Positions 29,726 through 38,692 of a stretch of DNA of 64,000 nucleotides are shown piece by piece; within the stretch, counting starts at the first letter, position 1, and every line of letters begins with the position of its first letter. The position numbers were made by a program, and so were the translations under genes. The notes beneath the pieces were generated by a model that worked only from the letters and a program-made list of their open reading frames with translations, did not search any database and was not told the origin of the DNA. Origin of the DNA: Lutibacter sp. (GTDB taxonomy: Bacteria; Bacteroidota; Bacteroidia; Flavobacteriales; Flavobacteriaceae); NCBI RefSeq assembly GCF_013139515.1, contig NZ_WTAR01000020.1, forward strand, positions 988-64,987, given 5' to 3'.

Positions 29726-30166
29726 TTAAAGTTTTAAAATATAAGTTAAAGCTTTTTTTAAATTTAATTGAGCTTCATTAGACAACTTTATTTCAATATT
29801 CCAATGATATCCTTGTATTTCAAATGTATATGATTTAGGTTTTTTATTATAAACGGTTTCACATAAATACAAAATTTGATTTGGAGGCACAGCATGTGTT
29901 GAAAAATTCACTTCTTTTGAAGGTGTTAATTCTGAAATAGAAAAACCTTGTTTTAAATTATTTCTCGAGGCATCAATAAAAAAAACTGTATCATAATTTG
30001 AAATTAAATCGGCATCTTCTACCATTAATTGATATTTGTAAATTAAATTATTTGTATTAAACCCTTCTTTCTCTAGTAAATCTAGAAAACACCAGCCAAG
30101 GCCATCGTCTTGGCGAGTGTTGTTTCCAATACCAATAAAAAGTGTATTATTATCTAATTTTTTCAT
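29726..30166 (-). CDS. hoxW: Hydrogenase maturation protease (HoxW type)
   Basis: GIGN..R.DDGLG, FIDAS, STHA motifs; overlaps the 3' end of hoxH. Confidence 0.88.
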   Translation of the reverse strand: MKKLDNNTLFIGIGNNTRQDDGLGWCFLDLLEKEGFNTNNLIYKYQLMVEDADLISNYDTVFFIDASRNNLKQGFSISELTPSKEVNFSTHAVPPNQILYLCETVYNKKPKSYTFEIQGYHWNIEIKLSNEAQLNLKKALTYILKL

Positions 30167-31601
30167 CGAGTAAATTTCCGTTGTTATCTTCTAATTGGCC
30201 AATTAAAGGCATTTGCCCCAAGGCGTGCGTTGCACAACTTAAACAAGGGTCGTAAGCTCTAATAGCCATTTCAATTTGGTTTAACATGGGCTCAGTAATT
30301 TCAGGTTTGTCATTTAGGATGCTTTCTGATACTGTGCGCACACCTTGGTTGATTGCTTCATTATTAAAAGTAGTTGAAACAATTAAATTACATTTTGTAA
30401 TTAAGCCTTTATCATCAATATGGTATTCGTGAATTAGCGTACCTCTAGGAGCTTCAATAATCCCAATTCCTTTGTTTCTTGGAGTTCCTTTTCTAACTAA
30501 ATCATTGCCCATAATATCTTTGTCTAACAAAAGCTCTTTCATATTTTCTGCACAATGTAACAATTCAATTAAGCGAGCCCAATGTGTATGCATTGTCATA
30601 TTGTTGGGTTTATTTTTGGTGTATGCTTTAAATTGTTGGCGTTCAATTTCAGCGAGAGGTGTTGGAATGTGAGAACATGTATTTAAACGTGCTAATGGTC
30701 CAACTCTGTTCCAACCTTTTTCTCTTCCGTATTTGGTCATATATGGAAATTTTAAATACGACCATGCTTCAACACCTTCTTTAAAATGATTTCTATATTC
30801 AATATCTTCAATATTGAGAAGCTCTTTTCCTTTAGAATCAATAGATCGAATATGACCATCATACAGCTCTAAAGCACCAGATACTTTATCTACCAATCCT
30901 AGATGATTTGATGGATAAGCCGCAAAATTATCTACCCATTCGCTGTTTTCAAGATGAAAAGATTTCATAAAATCAATTATTTCTTTAGACCAAGAAATCA
31001 TAGTATCTATATTTGGAATTTGTTTTCCATCTAAGAAATACTCAAGTTGTTTGGGTGTAAAAGCTTTATGAACACCACCTGGAACAGCTAAAGTTCCGTG
31101 AATTTTTTTACCAGATAAAGAGGTAATAATTTCTTGACCAAACTTTCTCATTAAAATTCCTTTTTTTGCAAGCTCTCTATTCTCAGTCGCAACCGCAACA
31201 ATGTTTCTTTTTTCAACAGGAGCATCAATTCCAAATAACAAATCTGGTGAAGCTAAATAGAAAAAATGCAATGCATGAGATTGAAAAACTTGTCCGTAAT
31301 GTAATAATTTTCGAAGTTTAGTTGCCGTAGGAGATAAATTTTCCGGGTCTATCCCAACTAGTTGGTCAATGGCTTTTGCAGCAGCCAAATGATGACTAAC
31401 AGGGCAAATTCCGCATAAACGTTGTACAATAATTGGTACTTCCCAGTACGGATGTCCTTGAATAAATTTTTCAAACCCTCTAAATTCTACAACATGTAAA
31501 TAAGCATCACTTACTTTACCATTCTCATCAATTTTTATGGTTACTTTTCCGTGTCCTTCAACACGAGTAACAGGATCTATGGTGATTTTTTTTGGTTTCA
31601 T
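30150..31601 (-). CDS. hoxH: [NiFe]-hydrogenase large subunit, group 3d (HoxH)
   Basis: TRVEGHG, L1 RLCGICPVSH, EAPRGTL.H, L2 DPCLSCATH followed by a 24-aa cleavable tail. Confidence 0.95.
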   Translation of the reverse strand: MKPKKITIDPVTRVEGHGKVTIKIDENGKVSDAYLHVVEFRGFEKFIQGHPYWEVPIIVQRLCGICPVSHHLAAAKAIDQLVGIDPENLSPTATKLRKLLHYGQVFQSHALHFFYLASPDLLFGIDAPVEKRNIVAVATENRELAKKGILMRKFGQEIITSLSGKKIHGTLAVPGGVHKAFTPKQLEYFLDGKQIPNIDTMISWSKEIIDFMKSFHLENSEWVDNFAAYPSNHLGLVDKVSGALELYDGHIRSIDSKGKELLNIEDIEYRNHFKEGVEAWSYLKFPYMTKYGREKGWNRVGPLARLNTCSHIPTPLAEIERQQFKAYTKNKPNNMTMHTHWARLIELLHCAENMKELLLDKDIMGNDLVRKGTPRNKGIGIIEAPRGTLIHEYHIDDKGLITKCNLIVSTTFNNEAINQGVRTVSESILNDKPEITEPMLNQIEMAIRAYDPCLSCATHALGQMPLIGQLEDNNGNLLDEKIR

Positions 31602-31619
31602 TGTATAGAATTTTAGCAG

Positions 31620-32882
31620 TTAATCATATTTAAATTCTGGATATGCAATCGTTAATTCTTCTTCAAATAAAATATTTTTGACTACGTTCCAAATATGATT
31701 TGAATTTGGTGGACAACCTGGGATATGATAATCTATTTTTACAATTTCATGATTGGAATAAACTTTATCTAAAATTTTTGGAATGTCTTCATGATTGGGA
31801 ATTACCGATTCATTTTCTTCACTTGTTAAGGAATTTAAATAGGCTTCATTTAAACAATCTTCTAATGGTATGGTATTTCTAAGTGCAGGTAAACCTCCCC
31901 AAATTGCGCATTCCCCAACTGAAACTAAAATATCACAATTTTCTCGAAAGGCTCGTAATACTTCAAAATTATGAGTGTTACTAACACCGCCTTCAATAAT
32001 TCCAATATTGCATCGTTTGCTAAATTTCTTAATATCTGTAAGTGGTGTTTTGTTAAATTCTACTACTTCAATAAGATCAACCAAGCCTAAATCTATATCT
32101 AATAATGACATATGGCAACCAAAACAACCAGCCAATGAAGTGGTTGCGACACGTTTTTTTTGACCATTACTATTGTTTTTGTTGATTTTGTTAAAAGGAA
32201 TTGTTTTTCCTTCAATACCTTGGTCAAACATTCTATTTCCAAAAGGTTTACTTACAGATTTTCCTTTAACTAAAATTGAACCAGTAGGGCAAATTTGCAT
32301 GGCATATTCGGCTTGAGATTCGCTTAGTTTGGCTTCCTGTTCATAATCAACTGTAACAACTGTTTTGTTTCCTTTATTTAAAAAATTAAATACTTGGTAT
32401 CTATCATTGGTTTTTATTTCTTCAAAACAGCGTTTACATTTAATACATCTGTTTTGATTTACAACAATTCTTTCAGCCTTGGCATCAATAAATCGTTCTA
32501 CAAATAAATGTGGAAACCTTGTATACCGTATGCCTGTTTCGTAACCTAGTTTTTGCATTTGACAATCACCACTTTTTTCACAAGAAGGGCAAAAGTGATT
32601 TCCTTCTACAAACATCATTTCTAAAATAGCTTTTCTAGTATCTAGTAATTCAGGTGTATTTACCTCAATATCCATTCCTTTGTCAATATTTATAGTGCAT
32701 CCAGCAGTAGCACGTCCATTGAGTTTCACCGTGCAAACTCTGCAACTTCCCAAAGGATTTTGTTGTTTGAAGTGGCACAATGAAGGAATAAATATTCCGT
32801 TTTGTTTTGCAGCCTCAATAAGGTTTTTACCTTTTTCAGCACTACAAGTTCTTCCGTCTATATTAAATGATACATTTTCCAT
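31620..32882 (-). CDS. HoxU-HoxY fusion (diaphorase Fe-S subunit plus hydrogenase small subunit)
   Basis: Likely start MENVSF at 32882; HoxU motifs SLCH..GSCRVC..GC, HFCPSCEKSGDC, CIKCKRC..CPTG; then HoxY motifs LAGCFGCH, IEGG, GECA, PGCPP in one 420-aa frame. Confidence 0.9.
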   Translation of the reverse strand: MENVSFNIDGRTCSAEKGKNLIEAAKQNGIFIPSLCHFKQQNPLGSCRVCTVKLNGRATAGCTINIDKGMDIEVNTPELLDTRKAILEMMFVEGNHFCPSCEKSGDCQMQKLGYETGIRYTRFPHLFVERFIDAKAERIVVNQNRCIKCKRCFEEIKTNDRYQVFNFLNKGNKTVVTVDYEQEAKLSESQAEYAMQICPTGSILVKGKSVSKPFGNRMFDQGIEGKTIPFNKINKNNSNGQKKRVATTSLAGCFGCHMSLLDIDLGLVDLIEVVEFNKTPLTDIKKFSKRCNIGIIEGGVSNTHNFEVLRAFRENCDILVSVGECAIWGGLPALRNTIPLEDCLNEAYLNSLTSEENESVIPNHEDIPKILDKVYSNHEIVKIDYHIPGCPPNSNHIWNVVKNILFEEELTIAYPEFKYD

Positions 32883-32898
32883 TTTAGTTATTTTAGAA

Positions 32899-34623
32899 CT
32901 ACAGTTGTGTTTCTTTAATAATACTATCGTATTCTTGAATAGCACTTTCCATGTCAAATTCAACATGTTGATTTTCATGTAGTGGAGATATTTTCAGCTT
33001 GAAATAATCTTCAAATTTAGCTATAGACGTTACTAGTGAATTTGGAGATGATTTTCCCAATCCACAACGACTGGAAAGTTGTATAATAGTTCCCCATTGT
33101 TTAATTTCATCAATATCATTTTGAGTACATAATCCACGCTCAAATTTTTTAATTTTCTCATATAAAATTTGATTTCCAGCTCTACAAGGTGTGCAAACAC
33201 CACAAGATTCTGTTTTGAAAAATTTCATAAAGTTTTTCTGAATTTGAAGAATACTGCGTGATCTATTAAAAATCATAATAGAACCACCACAAATAAGATC
33301 TTCTTTACAAATTTTTCGATCAAATTCAGAACTGTTGATACAGCTTCCTGAAGGACCGCTAATTTGGATATAATAAGGAGAAAGGCCTTCGCATAATTTC
33401 AATAAATCTCTAATAGTTGTTCCCCATTCAATTTCATAGATTCCAGGTTTTGCAACATCTCCCGAGATGCTTAATAATTTTGTTCCTTTACTTTTTTCTG
33501 TTCCAATAGCAGAAATAAAATTGCTTCCAAGCTCAATTATTCTAGCTGCTTTTGCAAAGGTTTCAACATTATTTACCACTGTTGAATATCCTAAATAACC
33601 AACTTCTGTTGGAAAAGACTTTTGAATACGAGGTTCTCCACGTTTGCCTTCTAAAGATTCAATGAGTGCTTTTTCTTCACCACAAACATAAGAACCTGCA
33701 CCTAATTGTATTTCAATATTAAAATTGAAATTATCAATACCAAGAATAGTTTTACCTAAGAACCCTTTTTTATGAAATTCTTGAAGTGTGCTTTCAAGTT
33801 TTTCTAGCAAATATGCGTACTCAGCTCGTAAGTAAATATAACCTTTTGTAGCACCAGTAATAAATGCGGCAATTATCATTCCTTCTAGAATCAATCCTGG
33901 ATTGTTTTCTAACAGTGCTCTATCTTTAAAAGTACCAGGTTCACCTTCATCTGCATTGCAAATAATGAACTTTTTTGTACTGTTACTTTCTTGGCAATAC
34001 TGCCATTTTTTTGCTGTTGGAAAAAAGGCGCCACCACGTCCAGCTAATTTGGCTTTTGAGATGAGGTTTAAAATTTTGTTAGCACTTGAGTTTTGTAATT
34101 TTTTTATTGAATTTCCTAGTATGTAGTTTCTAAAAAATACGGTTTTATCATCAGTAGGAGTATACTGAATTTTACTTGTAACAGTGCTTGAAATGGTGTT
34201 TAATTGAGTACCATTCTTTAATTGTTTAATAATTTTCACAACCTTCTTGGGTGTTAAATTGGTAAAAGGTTGAAAGTTGATTAAAGCGGCAGGTTCTTGA
34301 TCGCTCAATCCAATACAAGAAGTTTCAAAAAGAGTGAATAACGGATTTTCATTGTATGCACCAAAAGTACAACCTGTTTCTTTTTCAAACGCAGCTTTTA
34401 TTTGCTGAAACCCTTTGAATTCTGAGACAATACTGTTGTTTAAATAAATAATAAATTTACCAGTAGGCTGTTGGTGAAAGAAATGATAAAAAGTGACAAC
34501 TCCTTCAATTTCTGTAGTTGAAACTTTTAATGTTTTGGCTATTTCTTTAATTGCATTTTCTGAAATATAACCGTGCTTATTTTGAAATTCCCAAAGTTTG
34601 TTTAATAGGTCTGTTCTTTCCAT
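32899..34623 (-). CDS. hoxF: NAD(H)-dependent diaphorase flavoprotein subunit HoxF
   Basis: NuoE-like N-domain (TFYHFF, CIGLSDQEPA), GRGGAFFPT, CNADEGEPGTFKDR, GAGSYVCGEE, ESCGVCTPCR..C. Confidence 0.93.
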   Translation of the reverse strand: MERTDLLNKLWEFQNKHGYISENAIKEIAKTLKVSTTEIEGVVTFYHFFHQQPTGKFIIYLNNSIVSEFKGFQQIKAAFEKETGCTFGAYNENPLFTLFETSCIGLSDQEPAALINFQPFTNLTPKKVVKIIKQLKNGTQLNTISSTVTSKIQYTPTDDKTVFFRNYILGNSIKKLQNSSANKILNLISKAKLAGRGGAFFPTAKKWQYCQESNSTKKFIICNADEGEPGTFKDRALLENNPGLILEGMIIAAFITGATKGYIYLRAEYAYLLEKLESTLQEFHKKGFLGKTILGIDNFNFNIEIQLGAGSYVCGEEKALIESLEGKRGEPRIQKSFPTEVGYLGYSTVVNNVETFAKAARIIELGSNFISAIGTEKSKGTKLLSISGDVAKPGIYEIEWGTTIRDLLKLCEGLSPYYIQISGPSGSCINSSEFDRKICKEDLICGGSIMIFNRSRSILQIQKNFMKFFKTESCGVCTPCRAGNQILYEKIKKFERGLCTQNDIDEIKQWGTIIQLSSRCGLGKSSPNSLVTSIAKFEDYFKLKISPLHENQHVEFDMESAIQEYDSIIKETQL

Positions 34624-34648
34624 ATTAAAAAAATTAAGTTTCCTTATC

Positions 34649-34656
34649 TAAAGTTA
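34649..34656 (-). promoter_or_regulatory. Possible variant -7 element of the hox operon
   Basis: TAACTTTA(G) 25 nt upstream of the hoxF ATG; one mismatch to TAnnTTTG. Confidence 0.4.
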
Positions 34657-35130
34657 CAAATAAAACAAATTTGAAATGTTGATTTTCAGGAGTTTATATG
34701 CGATTTATTGTTAAAATATAAATTTTAAGGAACTATTAATTTTTTAATAATAAAATAGATTAAATGGGTGATAGAATTTAGTAAATAAGATTTTTTGTTG
34801 AAGTATTATTTTTACAAAATTCATAAAATATCAACATAAATTATTGAATTTCAAAAATTTGAAAGAAATATAGACTGATTTTTAAATTTGCACTAACAAA
34901 TTAAACATCAAACAATTATGAATATAAAATAAAATGAATAAAAATACCTTGTCTAAAAAAGAAATTATTTTTTGATATTTTTTTTAGTAAATACAGTTTG
35001 TTAAAATTTGCCGACCTAAAAATTACTCTTACTTATATTGATTGTAAATTGTTAGAAATTGAATTATATTAATAAGGTTATTTAGCGTTATTTGAAGTAT
35101 TTTTACCGCTTAATTTTTTAGCTTAAATTC

Positions 35131-35763
35131 ATGAAAAAACTACTTACTTTTTTTACTGTTTTAGTAGCAGTTTCTGTAACATCACAAAATCTTCAATTAC
35201 ATAAAGATTTTGAAAGAAATCATTTAACAACTACTTTTGAATTATTTAAAATAGATAAATATGGTAACACATTTATTTTTATAGATTTTGATTACAATTC
35301 AGCCGTAGGAATAGGTTCTGCCTATTATGAAATAGCACGCGTTTTAAAAACAGAAAAAATGCCAGTTGGTTTGCATATTGAATACAATAGTGGATTAACA
35401 AATGCATTTAGTTACAATGAAGCTTTGATTTTTGGAGCTAATTATTCAAAAGGAAATAAAAAATGTGGGTTTTCAGCGTATGCAGGTTATAAGGCATTTA
35501 CAGGCGCAGGTAAAGGAAATTTTCAAGTAACGGGTACTTGGTATATACATTTAGTTGAAAATAAATTAACTTTTTCAGGTTTTGCAGATTTATGGACAGA
35601 AAATGATTTGTCTGAAAAAACAGTATTTTTATCGGAACCTCAATTATGGTATCATTTAAATAAAACTTTCTCAGTAGGAGGTGAAGTTGAGTTAACAAAT
35701 AATTTCGCCTATGATTTTAACTTTAATGTAAGACCAACATTAGGCGTTAAATGGAATATTTAA
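35131..35763 (+). CDS. DUF5020 family outer-membrane beta-barrel (Tsx-like channel)
   Basis: Signal peptide, QNLQLH.D, T.ELFK.DKYG.T..F.D.DY, SEPQLWY, terminal aromatic residue. Confidence 0.75.
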   Translation: MKKLLTFFTVLVAVSVTSQNLQLHKDFERNHLTTTFELFKIDKYGNTFIFIDFDYNSAVGIGSAYYEIARVLKTEKMPVGLHIEYNSGLTNAFSYNEALIFGANYSKGNKKCGFSAYAGYKAFTGAGKGNFQVTGTWYIHLVENKLTFSGFADLWTENDLSEKTVFLSEPQLWYHLNKTFSVGGEVELTNNFAYDFNFNVRPTLGVKWNI

Positions 35764-35815
35764 AATAGAATGTACTCTGATTTTAGAATGACCTGAGTAC
35801 TTTTAGTTATCAAAA

Positions 35816-35848
35816 AAAAATCTCTGCAATTAATATGCAGAGATTTTT
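35816..35848. terminator. Bidirectional terminator between the DUF5020 gene and the TonB receptor
   Basis: AAAAATCTCTGCA-attaata-TGCAGAGATTTTT. Confidence 0.8.
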
Positions 35849-35879
35849 AGTAAGGATATTTTGAGTGATTCTAAAAACA

Positions 35880-38087
35880 CTAAATTTTAAATTTTAGCCC
35901 TAAAATAATATTTCTTCCAATATTATTAATCTCATCTGCTTTTAAACGAGATAAATGTGAAATGTAACTTTTATCAAATACATTGGTAGCATTTAAATTG
36001 ATATCAAAAGTAGTTTTTCCTATTTTTAGCGTCCCTCCAAAACCAACATTCATTAAAGAATAACCATTAGAAGTAGTTTCAAATCCGCTTACATTATTTT
36101 GATTAAAAGTACTAGATAAATTTATAGAAGCAAAGCCATCAGTTAACCAATTTTGAATGTCAAATTCAGTTCTAATCGTATTGTTCCAATTATTTGCAGG
36201 AATTAAAGGTAAATAATCACCATTTTGTTTTTCTCCAGTAACAGTTTCAAAGCTACTTTCAAAATGCAACCAATCTAAAGGATGTGGATGAAAATGCACA
36301 CCAATTTCACCACCATATAAATTTGCGTTATTTTGAATATAACTATAAACTTCATTATTATCTAGTATTTCACCAGTAGGTGATGTATAAATATAATTGT
36401 TTATATGATTATAAAAACCATTTATAAAAAATTCAAAATGATTTGTGTAGTATTCTAAATTTACATCAGTTTGAACATTTTGTTCGGTTTTTAAATTGTT
36501 GTTTCCAATTTCGTATCTATTGGTTCCTTCATGAACTCCGTTTGAGCTTAACTCTGCCAAATTTGGTGCTCTAAATCCTGACGCAAAATTCATTCGTAAA
36601 ATTATGTCATCAGTTATATTGGTTTTATAACCTAAAGAAGCGTTAAAACTATTGTATGTTTTATCTATAGTTTCAAAAGAACCTTCTTCTCCAGTAACAC
36701 CATATTGTTCTGTTAAAATAGTTCTTTTGTCAAAACGTAAACCTGCTTGAAGTACATTCGTTTTCCATTCATAATTACCAGTACCAAAAATACCAACATC
36801 ATTTGTAATTGCATTTGGAATTAAATATTCTTCACCAAAATTTTTATTAGTTTGATGCATTCCTTGAATTCCAACAATGGATTCAATGTTACCAAATTTT
36901 TGAAAATGATATTTTGCATTGTAATTAAAGGTGTTTAATTTCATATGTAATACCGCAATTTCGCTATCTTCAAATTCACTTCTGTCATTAGCAATATAAC
37001 CAAGATCTATAGCTAGTTTTGAATTTTGAAAAAAGTAAATATTGTTTAAACTCAATAAATTATTGAAAACTGATTGTTTTGGGTAGGTGGTTTTTTTATT
37101 GGTAGTTTGTTCTGCAACTCCTTCTTCAGGAATTCCTAAATCTAATTTATTATAATTATATCTTAAAACACTTGAAATTTTAGAATTTTGATACCCAATT
37201 CCTGTTTTAAAGTCGGTTTCATTATAACGTGTATTTGTTACGCTATTTCCGTTTGAAACCTTATAATCTGAATGTGTATTATAACTTCCTCTACCAATAA
37301 ATTTCCAATTTTCAGAAGAAGTTTTTATGCTTAATGAAGAATTACTTCCCAAGGTATTTGAAAATAATTTTTGTTCAAAATTGGAGGATAAAGTATTGGC
37401 TTCTGCAAATTTTTCTGGATTGAAATATAAAACTCCACCCAAAGCATCTGAGCCATAAAGTAATGAGGCTGGGCCTTTTATAACTTCTACACTTGCTACT
37501 CCAGCATCATTTAAACCTAAACCATGTTCATCTCCAAACTGTTGATTTTCAATACGAACACCTTGTGAATAAACCAAAACACGATTACCGCTTAAACCTC
37601 TAATTACAGGTTTTCCAATAGACGTTCCCGTTGAAACTTGTGAAACGCCAGGAATTGTTGCCAAACCCTCAATTAAAGTTGAAGTTCCTTTTTGTTGTAA
37701 TGATTTGATGCTTTCATAATCAACTTTCATTACGTTTTGCGATTGTAATTTATTGAAGGCGGTTGAAACAATTATTTCATCCATTTTAAAAACAGCTTCT
37801 TCTAAACTAAAGTTTAGTGTTGTTTTTTTATTTTGAAGACTAATAATTTTAGTCTCAGTTGCGTATCCTATAAAAGCTATGGTTATTTTAATAGGTGTAT
37901 TTGGTAAATTTTGTAGTTGGTATAATCCTTCTTCATTTGTTGAAGTTCCTTTATGAAGATCTTCAATGTAAACTTCTACACCAAATAATGGGTTGTTTTT
38001 TAGGTCTGTTATTTTTCCTGATATTATATTTTGAGAATAGGAAATAAAAGAAAAACCAATAAATAATATTGATAGGTATAATTTCAT
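35880..38087 (-). CDS. TonB-dependent receptor, probable metal (Zn/Ni/Co/Cu) uptake
   Basis: Signal peptide, carboxypeptidase-like N-domain, plug IRGL..NRVL, EVIKGPASLLYGSDALGGV, GFRAPNLAEL, His-bearing motifs GDEHG, VHEG, HFHPHP; substrate is inference. Confidence 0.9.
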   Translation of the reverse strand: MKLYLSILFIGFSFISYSQNIISGKITDLKNNPLFGVEVYIEDLHKGTSTNEEGLYQLQNLPNTPIKITIAFIGYATETKIISLQNKKTTLNFSLEEAVFKMDEIIVSTAFNKLQSQNVMKVDYESIKSLQQKGTSTLIEGLATIPGVSQVSTGTSIGKPVIRGLSGNRVLVYSQGVRIENQQFGDEHGLGLNDAGVASVEVIKGPASLLYGSDALGGVLYFNPEKFAEANTLSSNFEQKLFSNTLGSNSSLSIKTSSENWKFIGRGSYNTHSDYKVSNGNSVTNTRYNETDFKTGIGYQNSKISSVLRYNYNKLDLGIPEEGVAEQTTNKKTTYPKQSVFNNLLSLNNIYFFQNSKLAIDLGYIANDRSEFEDSEIAVLHMKLNTFNYNAKYHFQKFGNIESIVGIQGMHQTNKNFGEEYLIPNAITNDVGIFGTGNYEWKTNVLQAGLRFDKRTILTEQYGVTGEEGSFETIDKTYNSFNASLGYKTNITDDIILRMNFASGFRAPNLAELSSNGVHEGTNRYEIGNNNLKTEQNVQTDVNLEYYTNHFEFFINGFYNHINNYIYTSPTGEILDNNEVYSYIQNNANLYGGEIGVHFHPHPLDWLHFESSFETVTGEKQNGDYLPLIPANNWNNTIRTEFDIQNWLTDGFASINLSSTFNQNNVSGFETTSNGYSLMNVGFGGTLKIGKTTFDINLNATNVFDKSYISHLSRLKADEINNIGRNIILGLKFKI

Positions 38088-38126
38088 TTTAATGTGTTTA
38101 TTGTTAATGAGTTTTTGAATAAATAG

Positions 38127-38462
38127 TTATATAAACAATAAAACAGGAGGTGCTCTAGATGATTTAAAATGAAGATTTAAAGAAGTTATTTGATTTTTTG
38201 TAGGATATATTTTTTCTTCAACTATGGTAGTTGAAGCTGATGGAATGCTTGAATAAAAATCAATAGAATTAGTATCTATTTTAAAATGTAAAACAGAACA
38301 GTCAATTTCATGAGTGTCAAAATGAGTTTTATTTTGCTCATGACAAATTGAATGTTCATGCGTTGTAAATGAGTGTACAAATTGTACACCAAAAGGAAGC
38401 AATACAACTGCAATTAAAACAATTGAAATAAATTGACTAATATGTAGCTTAATTTTTGACAT
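38127..38462 (-). CDS. His/Cys-rich small membrane or exported protein with C-terminal RAPP motif (candidate arrest-peptide leader)
   Basis: Hydrophobic aa 9-29; HSFTTHEHSICHEQNKTHFDTHEIDCSVLH; RAPP at aa 103-106 (nt 38145-38156, AGA GCA CCT CCT); ends 39 nt before the receptor ATG. Confidence 0.8.
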   Translation of the reverse strand: MSKIKLHISQFISIVLIAVVLLPFGVQFVHSFTTHEHSICHEQNKTHFDTHEIDCSVLHFKIDTNSIDFYSSIPSASTTIVEEKIYPTKNQITSLNLHFKSSRAPPVLLFI

Positions 38463-38492
38463 ATATTAAGCTGTAAAATTACAAAAATTAAC

Positions 38493-38681
38493 TTAATCTT
38501 TAACACCTAATTTTCCCAAAATAACTTCAAGTAAACACCATTTAGTAATGGATGATTGTAATAAATTTGCTCCTACAAAAGCAGTTACCCATAACCAATT
38601 TAAGTTGTTCAATTTTATAGCTAATAATAAGCTAATTAGTATAAATGTTCCTGCAAATGCTCTAATTATTCGTTGTTTCAT
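38493..38681 (-). CDS. DUF2892 (YgaP-like TM domain) protein
   Basis: RIIRAFAG, FVGANLLQS, WC motif; 2 TM. Confidence 0.85.
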   Translation of the reverse strand: MKQRIIRAFAGTFILISLLLAIKLNNLNWLWVTAFVGANLLQSSITKWCLLEVILGKLGVKD

Positions 38682-38692
38682 ATTCTTAATTT

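Noticed and set aside
34657-35130. Long AT-rich intergenic region between hoxF and the DUF5020 gene as a riboswitch or sRNA
   Set aside because: No stable GC-containing stems or recognisable aptamer motif seen by eye; a covariance-model search would be needed
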